From Minisyncoccota bacterium (GTDB taxonomy: Bacteria; Patescibacteriota; Minisyncoccia; Phycocordibacterales; JABAAK01): a DNA stretch of 43,818 nucleotides. This document shows positions 33,427 to 41,022 of this stretch, piece by piece. Numbering within the stretch: the first letter of the stretch is position 1; every line of letters begins with the position of its first letter. Location: the NCBI GenBank assembly GCA_965204115.1, contig OZ241963.1:187475-231292 (forward strand), in the 5' to 3' direction. Below the pieces are notes generated by a model. That model saw only the letters and a list, made by a program, of their open reading frames with translations, did not search any database and was not told where the DNA came from. A program made the translations under genes and the position numbers.

Positions 33427-33505
33427 AGTTGTTTGGAGTATATCACACCTCAGTTAACTACTTTTTCGGGATAGATGAAGAGAGTGTTGGTTAGGCCTTA
33501 CTCTG

Positions 33506-33578
33506 CCTCTCTGCCAGGACTTGAACCTGGATCTGGTCCTTAGGAGGGACCCGTTCTATCCCGTTAAACTACAGAGAG
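33506..33578 (-). tRNA. tRNA-Arg (anticodon CCT)
   Basis: Acceptor CTCTCTG/CAGAGAG (C1-G72), anticodon arm GGTCC-CTCCTAA-GGACC, T arm CCAGG-TTCAAGT-CCTGG. Confidence 0.8.
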
Positions 33579-33648
33579 TGTTGTACTCATAATACCATTA
33601 CAGGCACCGCGTTCGGTGCCTGTAATCTTTCTTGCTTTTGTTTTTCTT

Positions 33649-33894
33649 CTACTCGCTCAAGCCGAGTGATTCGATGATCTTTTCTTTGTCAAAGCCGTCT
33701 ATCATTTCGGTGTCGTCGATAAACATCACCGGCACGCCGACTTGCTTGCTCCGCTCAAGCAATTCTTCCCGCTTTACCTCGTCGGTGGTAACATCGTACT
33801 CAGTGTACTGCACCCCTTTTTCATCTAAAAACTTCTTTAAGTCAATACAGTGGTGGCAGGTTGGTGAGCTGTAAATTTCTATTTTTTTATCCAT
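33649..33894 (-). CDS. glutaredoxin-like / NrdH-type small redoxin
   Basis: 81 aa with IEIYSSPTCHHCIDLKKFLDEKGVQYTEYDV (CxxC thioredoxin fold) and GVPVMFIDD. Confidence 0.8.
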   Translation of the reverse strand: MDKKIEIYSSPTCHHCIDLKKFLDEKGVQYTEYDVTTDEVKREELLERSKQVGVPVMFIDDTEMIDGFDKEKIIESLGLSE

Positions 33895-33974
33895 AATGAT
33901 ATATTTCTATTTTTGTAATATGTGTATAGTATAGCAGAAAACAAATGCTGTTAAAAATGCTACAATTGTAGTGA

Positions 33975-34056
33975 GCCGAAGTGGCGGAATTGGCAGACGC
34001 GCGCGACTCAAAATCGCGTTCCTTCGGGAGTGTGGGTTCAAGTCCCACCTTCGGCA
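33975..34056 (+). tRNA. tRNA-Leu (anticodon CAA)
   Basis: Acceptor GCCGAAG/CTTCGGC, anticodon arm CGCGA-CTCAAAA-TCGCG, long variable arm, T arm GTGGG-TTCAAGT-CCCAC. Confidence 0.9.
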
Positions 34057-34117
34057 CTATGATAATTCCGCCACAGTGGCGTCTATTATTCAGCGTCAGC
34101 CAGAGGCTGCCGGCACG

Positions 34118-34178
34118 GGCAGACGCGCGCGACTCAAAATCGCGTTCCTTCGGGAGTGTGGGTTCAAGTCCCACCTTC
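34118..34178 (+). pseudogene. truncated duplicate of tRNA-Leu(CAA) (3' two-thirds, no acceptor pairing)
   Basis: 61 nt identical to 33992-34052. The 5' acceptor and D arm are missing, and the 3' acceptor strand changes from CTTCGGC to CTTCCAA. Confidence 0.85.
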
Positions 34179-34185
34179 CAAATAC

Positions 34186-35094
34186 ATGATATCTAATATG
34201 CAGTACACTCGTTCACCACTCCTCGTTATTGTCGGCACAACCGCCAGCGGAAAGAGCGATTTGGCGGTTGACTTGGCATTGCGCTACGGCGGTGAGGTTG
34301 TGTCTGCTGATTCCCGGCAGGTGTATCGCTCTCTGGACGCAACCACGGGCAAAATAACAGAGCAGGAAATGCGCGGTGTCCCCCACGCCATGCTGGACAT
34401 CATCAACCCCGGCGAGGAGTATAGTGCGCATCAATTTGCCGATGAAGCGATTCCGCATATAGCGGGGATATATGATCGGGGAACGCTGCCGATTGTCGCC
34501 GGCGGCTCCGGCTTCTATATTGATGCCCTCCTCTTCTCCGGCACAACGGCAAAAGTGCCGGCAGACGCTGCGTATCGAGCGACAATGGCACAAAAAAATG
34601 TGGCTGACTTGCAGCAAGAGCTTAAAGAAAAGGACAGTGATGCTTACGACAGAATAGACATACATAATCCCCGCCGCCTCATCCGTGCGCTGGAAGTTAT
34701 TCGTGAGCTCGGCATATTCCCGATGCAAAAAAGAGTGCGGCGGTATGAATATATGATGGTCGGCATCAAGCACAGCAGGCCGCACCTTCGCGAGCGTATC
34801 GCAAAACGGTTGGATGCCCGCTTTGACGCGATGACGCAGGAGGTTAAAACTCTGCTTGAGCAGGGCGTTGAGGTGGCATGGTTTGACCGCATGGGCCTGG
34901 AATGCCGGCATATCGCCGCTATGCTCACCCGGCATATCCTCCCTGAAGAGACAAAGGAAAACCTCCTCAACGCTATTTTTGCCTACGCCAAACGGCAGGA
35001 AAATTGGCTCCACCGCTACCCTGAAGCCCGCTGGTATCAAGAACACCAAATCAACCGACTGTATAACGACCTTGATGCTGTGTATAAAAACTGA
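34186..35094 (+). CDS. miaA: tRNA dimethylallyltransferase
   Basis: LLVIVGTTASGKSDLAVDLA (P-loop) and VSADSRQVYRSLDATTGK. The start is placed at the ATG at 34186, downstream of the pseudo-tRNA. Confidence 0.9.
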   Translation: MISNMQYTRSPLLVIVGTTASGKSDLAVDLALRYGGEVVSADSRQVYRSLDATTGKITEQEMRGVPHAMLDIINPGEEYSAHQFADEAIPHIAGIYDRGTLPIVAGGSGFYIDALLFSGTTAKVPADAAYRATMAQKNVADLQQELKEKDSDAYDRIDIHNPRRLIRALEVIRELGIFPMQKRVRRYEYMMVGIKHSRPHLRERIAKRLDARFDAMTQEVKTLLEQGVEVAWFDRMGLECRHIAAMLTRHILPEETKENLLNAIFAYAKRQENWLHRYPEARWYQEHQINRLYNDLDAVYKN

Positions 35095-35119
35095 TGTGCT
35101 ACAATAAAACCCTAACGCT

Positions 35120-35223
35120 AACGGAAAGTATCCAGGGCATCTTGCCGGCGAAAAGAAGAACACACTGGAGCCTTGAGGGAAGCAGTGCCCTCCGGCTGGG
35201 TCGCCGTTACCGACCCATTTTTT
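35120..35223 (+). ncRNA. candidate small (4.5S-type) SRP RNA
   Basis: CAC-UGGA-GCC-UUGA-GGG-AAGCA-GUG mirrors the SRP domain IV pattern GGU-CAGG-UCC-GGAA-GGA-AGCA-GCC, including the conserved GGAAGCAG. Outer helices are GCCGG/CCGGC and CCAG/CTGG. Terminator is GGGTCG-CCGTTAC-CGACCC plus a T6 run. The tetraloop is not GNRA. Confidence 0.4.
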
Positions 35224-35388
35224 ATTTGTAAACAACTTTCCGATTTCGTTTTATATAATCTTGACACTGTATACAAGCGCAAGGGTGTCGGCATTTGAGA
35301 AAAATATTGTATCGTGTACACTGTATGTGTGCGGGGGAATGATGAGTATTTTCCCGCTTATTTTTATAGCGTCTATTGTGAAAGGGAA

Positions 35389-36015
35389 ATGATGCAAAAA
35401 CAAAGGTCTACTACCGATACCCATCGACTTCCTGTGGAGCACAGCGACGCGGGAATAATCAAGTCGATGCCCCATGAAATTCGAATTGAAGATGTGAATG
35501 ATGCCAATTTTATTGAGGCAGTGGAGCACAAAATTGTTTCTGCTTCAAACTTGGGCGATCGTTTCACGGAAATACGGATGGATCAATATGTTCATGGCAA
35601 ATGGTGCGATGATGTCATAGAATCTATCCATGTTATTCTTCTTGATGAGTCAGGTGATGAGATTACCAGATTAGCAAGAGATAGAACTACTTCAACACGC
35701 CTCACTGGGTATGCCCACCCATATACCGGAGAGAAGATCTGTGTCAACCGAACCTGGGGAGATCACGTCCTTTTCGCCCTCTGCGATTTAGAGGAGGAGA
35801 TGTTTGATGTCCACTTTCTTCATTACATTATTTGTGAGGACAAGGGCGGCTTGACCCGAAAGGAAATCATGTATTCTTCTCCACAGGGTGAGCAGAATAT
35901 AGTTGATTATCTACTCTCTATATGGGAATCACCTTTTCCTCCCGGAGCATTGAATATCATCGGAGCAGCGGGCAGGGCAAGAGGCACCAGGCAGGCGGAA
36001 TGGCGATACCTCTAA
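35389..36015 (+). CDS. hypothetical protein
   Basis: ORF with AAAGGGA 3 nt before the ATG at 35389. No recognisable motif. Confidence 0.5.
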   Translation: MMQKQRSTTDTHRLPVEHSDAGIIKSMPHEIRIEDVNDANFIEAVEHKIVSASNLGDRFTEIRMDQYVHGKWCDDVIESIHVILLDESGDEITRLARDRTTSTRLTGYAHPYTGEKICVNRTWGDHVLFALCDLEEEMFDVHFLHYIICEDKGGLTRKEIMYSSPQGEQNIVDYLLSIWESPFPPGALNIIGAAGRARGTRQAEWRYL

Positions 36016-36338
36016 TCGCTCTATCAATTTTGTCCTTATCCGATTTTTTTCGGGTAAGGACATTTTCTATACAGATAAATGAAACTTGGTGCTCCTCCGG
36101 CGAAGAGCGCCCTTTTTAACCTCACATCCTCCGATTTCGCTTTGCAGCGGTAACGAGAGGTCATATACCGAACGCCGTTTGAAAAAAACTTGTGGCACGG
36201 AACAACTTGCTCTCCGATGCGCCTTTTAGAAAATTCGTAAGCCCCTGTACCACTGGTGGAGACAGACCGCGCGAGGAGAGCAAGGTTGTGAAGTGCCGCT
36301 TGCAAGAAGCGGTGTTCGGTGAATACCCGAGTGAAGTG

Positions 36339-36410
36339 CGGGTCCATCAGGACTTGAACCTGAAACGGCGGTTTTGGAGACCGCTGTTTTACCAATTAAA
36401 CTATAGACCC
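36339..36410 (-). tRNA. tRNA-Trp (anticodon CCA)
   Basis: Acceptor GGGTCTA/TGGACCC, anticodon arm GCGGT-CTCCAAA-ACCGC, T arm TCAGG-TTCAAGT-CCTGA. Confidence 0.9.
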
Positions 36411-36434
36411 CACACTCCATTTATACCACAATAA

Positions 36435-37361
36435 TCACGCTTTCCCGCGCAACGCGCTGACTCGCTCCGGTATCGGCGGATGGGTGTCAAAAAGGCGGGC
36501 GAATTTTCCACCGATTCGCTGTCCGCCGCCCCGGCGACGCGCATTACTGTTCGCATATGCGGCAAAAGGGTCAGAGATGAAAAGGTGTGCTGTTGCAGAG
36601 CTGGTGTGCCGCATCGGCTGGTGTTGTTTGCCGATTTTCTCCAGCGCTGACGCGAGCCCTTCGGGGTGCCTGGTGTAGACCCCGGCCGTTGCGTCGGCAA
36701 GAAATTCCCGTTTGCGGGAGACCGCAAGGCGGATTAGTGTCAACAGCAGCGGCATCACGAGATATGCGACAATGATAATGAGAATCATTATCGGACCCCC
36801 GCCATCGTCATCGTCGCCTCCGGCAAATGCCGTGAAGTGCAGCAAGATATCAAGCAGTATCACCACAAAGCCGAACAGCACCACTACAGAGGTCATGAGC
36901 AGCGTATCTCGGTTTTGTATGTGCGCGAGTTCGTGCGCCAACACCCCCTCCAATTCTGTCTTGTCCATTATATCAAGTAACCCTTTTGTCACCACAATGG
37001 CTGAATGTTTCGGACTGCGTCCGGTCGCGAATGCGTTAGGGGAAGAGTCGTTGATAATGTAGAGTTTTGGTATCGGCGCGCCGATGCTGATACACAGATT
37101 TTCCACCATGTTCCAGTAGTCAAAGTATTCTTCCCGACTTATCTCCCGAGCCCGTGTTAGGCGAACGGCGATTTTGTCGGAGTTCCAGTAGGCAAAGACA
37201 TTGATCAGCACCGCTATGAGCGTGACTACATACAGAATGATTGACGATTGAAAATAGTGCGATGCCAGCCATCCGACTCCGATGACAAACACCAAAAAAA
37301 GCGACATCAAGAAAAATGTCTGCCGAACATTCTTGCCCTGTTCTGCGTATAACGAAGCCAT
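36435..37361 (-). CDS. htpX: M48-family zinc metalloprotease HtpX
   Basis: HELAHIQNRD zinc motif in a four-TM protein. C-terminal THPPIPERV. Confidence 0.9.
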   Translation of the reverse strand: MASLYAEQGKNVRQTFFLMSLFLVFVIGVGWLASHYFQSSIILYVVTLIAVLINVFAYWNSDKIAVRLTRAREISREEYFDYWNMVENLCISIGAPIPKLYIINDSSPNAFATGRSPKHSAIVVTKGLLDIMDKTELEGVLAHELAHIQNRDTLLMTSVVVLFGFVVILLDILLHFTAFAGGDDDDGGGPIMILIIIVAYLVMPLLLTLIRLAVSRKREFLADATAGVYTRHPEGLASALEKIGKQHQPMRHTSSATAHLFISDPFAAYANSNARRRGGGQRIGGKFARLFDTHPPIPERVSALRGKA

Positions 37362-37376
37362 ACCATGTACTTAGTG

Positions 37377-37940
37377 TTAAAACTGCACCGCGACCGGCTC
37401 AGCCGCTTCTTCCTTCTCCTCTTCACTGAGCTCAAAAAATTCTTCTTCCTTAAAGCCGAATGCGTTCGCGATGATATTTTTCGGAAATACCTGTATTGCT
37501 GTGTTGAGGTCCTGTACGGTATTATTGTAGAATCGTCGCGCGGATTGAATCTTGTTTTCTGTGTCACTGAGCTCCCGCTGCAGTTCCGCGAAGTTTTCGC
37601 TCGCCTTGAGATCAGGGTAGTTCTCAGCGACCGCAAAAATTGTCTTCAGCGCGCCGGTCAGCATGTTTTCTGCCTCCCCTTTCTCTTTCACGCCGTCCGC
37701 TTCCAAGGCGCGTGTTCGCATCTCTGTCACTTTCGCCAGTGTCTCCTGCTCGTGCTTGGCGTACCCTTTCACCGTACTCACCAGATTCGGTATCAAATCA
37801 TACCGTCGCTTTAACTGCACATCAATATCAGACCACGCTTCCTCTTTGCGATTGCGCATACGAACCAGCCCGTTGTACATCAGCACAACGAAAAGAATTA
37901 CAAATAATAGCACCCCACCGATTATATATATGATATTCAT
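37377..37940 (-). CDS. lemA: LemA family protein
   Basis: N-terminal TM helix, then YNGLVRMRNRKEEAWSDIDVQLKRRYDLIPNLV...ENYPDLKASENF...ARRFYN. Confidence 0.9.
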   Translation of the reverse strand: MNIIYIIGGVLLFVILFVVLMYNGLVRMRNRKEEAWSDIDVQLKRRYDLIPNLVSTVKGYAKHEQETLAKVTEMRTRALEADGVKEKGEAENMLTGALKTIFAVAENYPDLKASENFAELQRELSDTENKIQSARRFYNNTVQDLNTAIQVFPKNIIANAFGFKEEEFFELSEEEKEEAAEPVAVQF

Positions 37941-38000
37941 ACAAAATTAGTACCCATTAACCCACCGCTATCAGTATATAGCATTGTGTGGAGAAATACC

Positions 38001-38023
38001 AAAATGGGCATTTTGCCCATTTT
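38001..38023. terminator. palindromic terminator
   Basis: AAAATGGGCA-TTT-TGCCCATTTT. Confidence 0.6.
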
Positions 38024-38036
38024 ATGCAACAGACGC

Positions 38037-38210
38037 TTACGAAAGCCAAGCGCTATGTAAGAGAATGGAGACAGTCAACAAAGACAGCAGCAGTATGCTC
38101 ATACCGACATACGAGCCCCCCTTCTCCCAATCTTTACGCGCAATAGAGCCGATGATGGCGATGATGAGAAATAAAAGCGAAAAAATGAGTGCCCAAATAT
38201 ACCAATCCAT
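38037..38210 (-). CDS. 57-aa two-TM membrane peptide (not in the ORF track)
   Basis: MDWYIWALIFSLLFLIIAIIGSIARKDWEKGGSYVGMSILLLSLLTVSILLHSAWLS lies directly downstream of rplK and is followed by a terminator. Confidence 0.4.
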   Translation of the reverse strand: MDWYIWALIFSLLFLIIAIIGSIARKDWEKGGSYVGMSILLLSLLTVSILLHSAWLS

Positions 38211-38225
38211 ACTTACCTACCCGCG

Positions 38226-38648
38226 CTATTTGACTTCTATGCCCATAGACTGCGCGGTTCCCTTTATAATTTCCATTGCTGCCTCTACATCCCGGGCGTT
38301 GAGATCTTCCATTTTTCGCTCGGCTATTTCTCGGACGGCCGCTTCGGTGACTTTGCCCGCTTTTTTTGTGAGATTTGTGCCCGACCCTTTGTCAATGCCT
38401 GCCGCTTGGCGGAGCAGGAATGACGCAGGTGGTGTTTTCATTATGAAACTGAACGTTCGATCTTCATAGATAGTCAGCACGACCGGGATGATTTCTCCGC
38501 TCCGCTCTTTTGACTGATCGTTGAATTGGGAGCAAAAGTCACCGATGTTAATACCCGCCGGACCGAGGACAGTACCAATAGGCGGTGCCGGCGTTGCTTT
38601 GCCCGCCTGTATCTGCAGTTTGATAACTTGTTGTACCGGTTTTGCCAT
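38226..38648 (-). CDS. rplK: 50S ribosomal protein L11
   Basis: [27 protein letters not shown]...[23 protein letters not shown]. Confidence 0.97.
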   Translation of the reverse strand: MAKPVQQVIKLQIQAGKATPAPPIGTVLGPAGINIGDFCSQFNDQSKERSGEIIPVVLTIYEDRTFSFIMKTPPASFLLRQAAGIDKGSGTNLTKKAGKVTEAAVREIAERKMEDLNARDVEAAMEIIKGTAQSMGIEVK

Positions 38649-38663
38649 ATTAAGTATAGTGTA

Positions 38664-39209
38664 CTACACGCTGCGGATTTGGAAAAGGTCCAGTTTTACC
38701 GGCGTTTCCCTGCCAAACATAGGGATCAGCACCGTTGCCTGCCCTTTGTCAGCATCCACCTCACTGATTTTACCGCTCAACTCTGAGAACGGACCGTCAA
38801 TAATCTTGACGCCATCCCCCACCTTCAGGTCGGTGTCGTGCTTGACCATATCACCGCGCATCCGCTCTTTGATCGCCTCAACCTCCTGTTGCGACAATGA
38901 TTCGGCGTGCGCGCGGGAGCCGAGAAATCCGGAAGAATACTCAATGTTGTTGATCGCATACCATGTTTGGTCATCAATAACCATATGCACGATGATGTAG
39001 CCCGGATACATTCGCTCTTCTTTTTCCGTTCGTCTGCCGCCCTTAATGCGCACCTGCTTCTCGGTCGGTATCACCACCTCAAATATTTTGTCCTCCAGCC
39101 CGAGTGACTCGATGGTCTGCATGACGCTCATCTTTACCACCTGCTCAAAGCCGGAATGGACTTTTACCACATACCACTTTGCCTGCTTTTCTTCCTGCAT
39201 TTCTTCCAT
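38664..39209 (-). CDS. nusG: transcription termination/antitermination factor NusG
   Basis: KWYVVKVHSGFE NGN domain and C-terminal KOW (VGDGVKIIDGPFSELSGKISEVD). Confidence 0.95.
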   Translation of the reverse strand: MEEMQEEKQAKWYVVKVHSGFEQVVKMSVMQTIESLGLEDKIFEVVIPTEKQVRIKGGRRTEKEERMYPGYIIVHMVIDDQTWYAINNIEYSSGFLGSRAHAESLSQQEVEAIKERMRGDMVKHDTDLKVGDGVKIIDGPFSELSGKISEVDADKGQATVLIPMFGRETPVKLDLFQIRSV

Positions 39210-39221
39210 ATTATGTTTGTA

Positions 39222-39395
39222 CTATAGCACAATGCTCTGCAGCAGTGTGGAGAATACATTATCTATCGCGCCTAGTGCGAAGCCGGCTATAAAAGACGCA
39301 ATGATAACAATGACCGCAAACAGCAATGCTCTGCCTGTTGCTAACCAGCGGATTTGCTTGAACTCTCCGGCGACACCGGCGAAATACTGTAACAT
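39222..39395 (-). CDS. secE: preprotein translocase subunit SecE
   Basis: 57-aa ORF (below the track cutoff): MLQYFAGVAGEFKQIRWLATGRALLFAVIVIIASFIAGFALGAIDNVFSTLLQSIVL. It sits in the canonical position upstream of nusG. Confidence 0.8.
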   Translation of the reverse strand: MLQYFAGVAGEFKQIRWLATGRALLFAVIVIIASFIAGFALGAIDNVFSTLLQSIVL

Positions 39396-39487
39396 ATAGT
39401 TAGTATACTATCGTATTCTCCCCGCTTTTGCAATATATGTGTATAGCCATTGTGTTATTCGCTCAGTGTGGTATATACTATCTGCAT

Positions 39488-40048
39488 ATTCGTAGAGGAC
39501 CAAAAAAATTAGCACAGCCAAAAGTTCGTATCAATGAGGCGATTCGCGCCTCTGAGGTTCGCCTTATTGATGCTGATGAGAATAATGTCGGCGTTGTCCC
39601 CCTGAAGGACGCCTTGGCGCGGGCGCGTCGTGCAGGTCTTGATCTGGTGGAGGTGACGGCAAAATCCCGTCCCCCTGTCGTACGCATTGCCGACTACGGC
39701 AAGTATCAGTATGAGCAGAATAAATTGAAAAAGAAGTGGGCAGACCAGGACAAGGAGAAAGGCAAGCGGCAGGAAGGGACAAAGCACACACAGATTAAGC
39801 CGGGCACCAGCGGGGATATTCTTGAGATGCGGGCGAATAAGATCCGTGAGTGGTTGGATAACGGCAATCGCGTGCAGGTTGACCTCTTTCTCTTCGGTCG
39901 GTATAAGAGTATGGATAAAGATTTTTTGAAAGAGAAGTTATCTTCGTTTATACAGGCAGTGCCCGGTGAGGTGTCCATCGCCGACAACATACGAAAAAGT
40001 CCGAAAGGTTTTTCTATCGTTCTCCAGCCGAATGATGACAAAAAATAA
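39488..40048 (+). CDS. infC: translation initiation factor IF-3
   Basis: RINEAIRASEVRLIDADENNVGVVPLKDALARARRAGLDLVEV. The tracked TTG at 39428 adds a hydrophobic, non-IF3-like extension. An in-frame ATT at 39488 lies 8 nt after a GTGGTATATACT box; start placement is uncertain. Confidence 0.85.
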   Translation: MRRGPKKLAQPKVRINEAIRASEVRLIDADENNVGVVPLKDALARARRAGLDLVEVTAKSRPPVVRIADYGKYQYEQNKLKKKWADQDKEKGKRQEGTKHTQIKPGTSGDILEMRANKIREWLDNGNRVQVDLFLFGRYKSMDKDFLKEKLSSFIQAVPGEVSIADNIRKSPKGFSIVLQPNDDKK

Positions 40049-40069
40049 AGGCACCTGTTAAGGTGCCTT
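40048..40069. terminator. bidirectional hairpin between convergent infC and adk
   Basis: AAGGCACC-TGTTAA-GGTGCCTT overlaps the adk stop codon. Confidence 0.5.
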
Positions 40070-40705
40070 ATGAAAATGATAGGTCGGATGGCAGACCGGG
40101 TCTTGCTCTGTAAGATGGCTCAGTATCTCCTGATGCACTTCCTCTTCTGCTCTGTCACCGTTCACCTCCCAAAAAGAGTCAAGCAGCCTCTTTCTGACAA
40201 ACCATCTCCTTTTGAGGTACCGTATGGTTGGTGCGGTAAACTTTTTGAAGTGCTCCAGTCGTGCCTCTATCACCTTGATACTGTCATCGTCTCCCCGATT
40301 GCGGTCAAGGAGGCGTTTCTTTATGACATCCGGCGGAACATTGATATAGACACCCTTCTTTTGAATTGAGGGAAATACACCAAGCAATCTTGCGATGAGC
40401 TTAACTTCCGGTATCGACCGGCACATGCCGTCCACAATATAGATATCATATTCCCGGTTTTCAAAAAGCGCGTCCATAAAAGGACCCATCGGTAGTATTT
40501 CCGGTAGTATTTCACCGTTGCTCATCATATTTCTGAGAAATTGTTTAAATAGGGTTTCCCCCTTATCAATTTTCTCTCTGAAATACTTCCCGGTTTCAAC
40601 CACTTTGCAGGAAAAGCCCTGCTGTGTGTAGTACTCATCCAAACGAGTTGCATGGGTGCCTTTTCCGACGCCAGGCGGACCCAATAAAAATATGAACTCT
40701 TTCAT
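40058..40705 (-). CDS. adk: adenylate kinase family nucleoside-monophosphate kinase
   Basis: FLLGPPGVGKGTHATRL P-loop, GEILPEIL, IVDGMCRSIPE and RNRGDDDSIKVIEARLEHF (LID/core motifs). Confidence 0.8.
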   Translation of the reverse strand: MKEFIFLLGPPGVGKGTHATRLDEYYTQQGFSCKVVETGKYFREKIDKGETLFKQFLRNMMSNGEILPEILPMGPFMDALFENREYDIYIVDGMCRSIPEVKLIARLLGVFPSIQKKGVYINVPPDVIKKRLLDRNRGDDDSIKVIEARLEHFKKFTAPTIRYLKRRWFVRKRLLDSFWEVNGDRAEEEVHQEILSHLTEQDPVCHPTYHFHKAP

Positions 40706-40813
40706 TTTGTCAAAAGCCTCCTCCTTTTTCGCAATAATTTAGACTTTTTATCAGACCTCTTTTAGTATAGTATCACAATAAAAAGTATCTTGCACAATCT
40801 TTTCACATAGTGC

Positions 40814-40819
40814 TATACT
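40814..40819 (+). promoter_or_regulatory. -10 box (TGCTATACT) 7 nt upstream of the rpmI ATG (leaderless-type arrangement)
   Basis: GTGCTATACTATACAGTATG. Confidence 0.45.
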
Positions 40820-40826
40820 ATACAGT

Positions 40827-41015
40827 ATGAAATCAAATAAATCAGCCCGTTCACGGATTCGTGTTACAAAAAAAGGCACCCTTCTTGCCAGCGGTAAGGG
40901 GCGCGGTCATTTTAACGCGAAACATTCCCGATCTAAAAAACTGACGCAGAAGCGGCAGCGAGCGGTGCCGGTGTCTACAAAAATGAGGCAGCGGTATACC
41001 CTTTCTTCTTCATAA
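40827..41015 (+). CDS. rpmI: 50S ribosomal protein L35
   Basis: MKSNKSARSRIRVTKKGTLLASGKGRGHFNAKHSRSKK. Confidence 0.9.
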   Translation: MKSNKSARSRIRVTKKGTLLASGKGRGHFNAKHSRSKKLTQKRQRAVPVSTKMRQRYTLSSS

Positions 41016-41022
41016 ATAGCTT

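Noticed and set aside
33887-34196. ORFs of 71-95 aa on both strands with an internal repeat (PTLPKERDFESRASA twice).
   Set aside because: The repeat is simply the translated tRNA-Leu duplication, and the ORFs overlap the tRNA gene and its pseudo-copy.
36036-36727. ORFs 36036-36395, 36226-36420 and 36401-36727 on the minus strand.
   Set aside because: They overlap tRNA-Trp or the htpX gene out of frame, and none has a coding signature.
37984-38469. 161-aa plus-strand ORF spanning the lemA-rplK gap and running antisense into rplK.
   Set aside because: It is antisense to L11 and to a better-supported 57-aa membrane ORF plus terminator on the minus strand.
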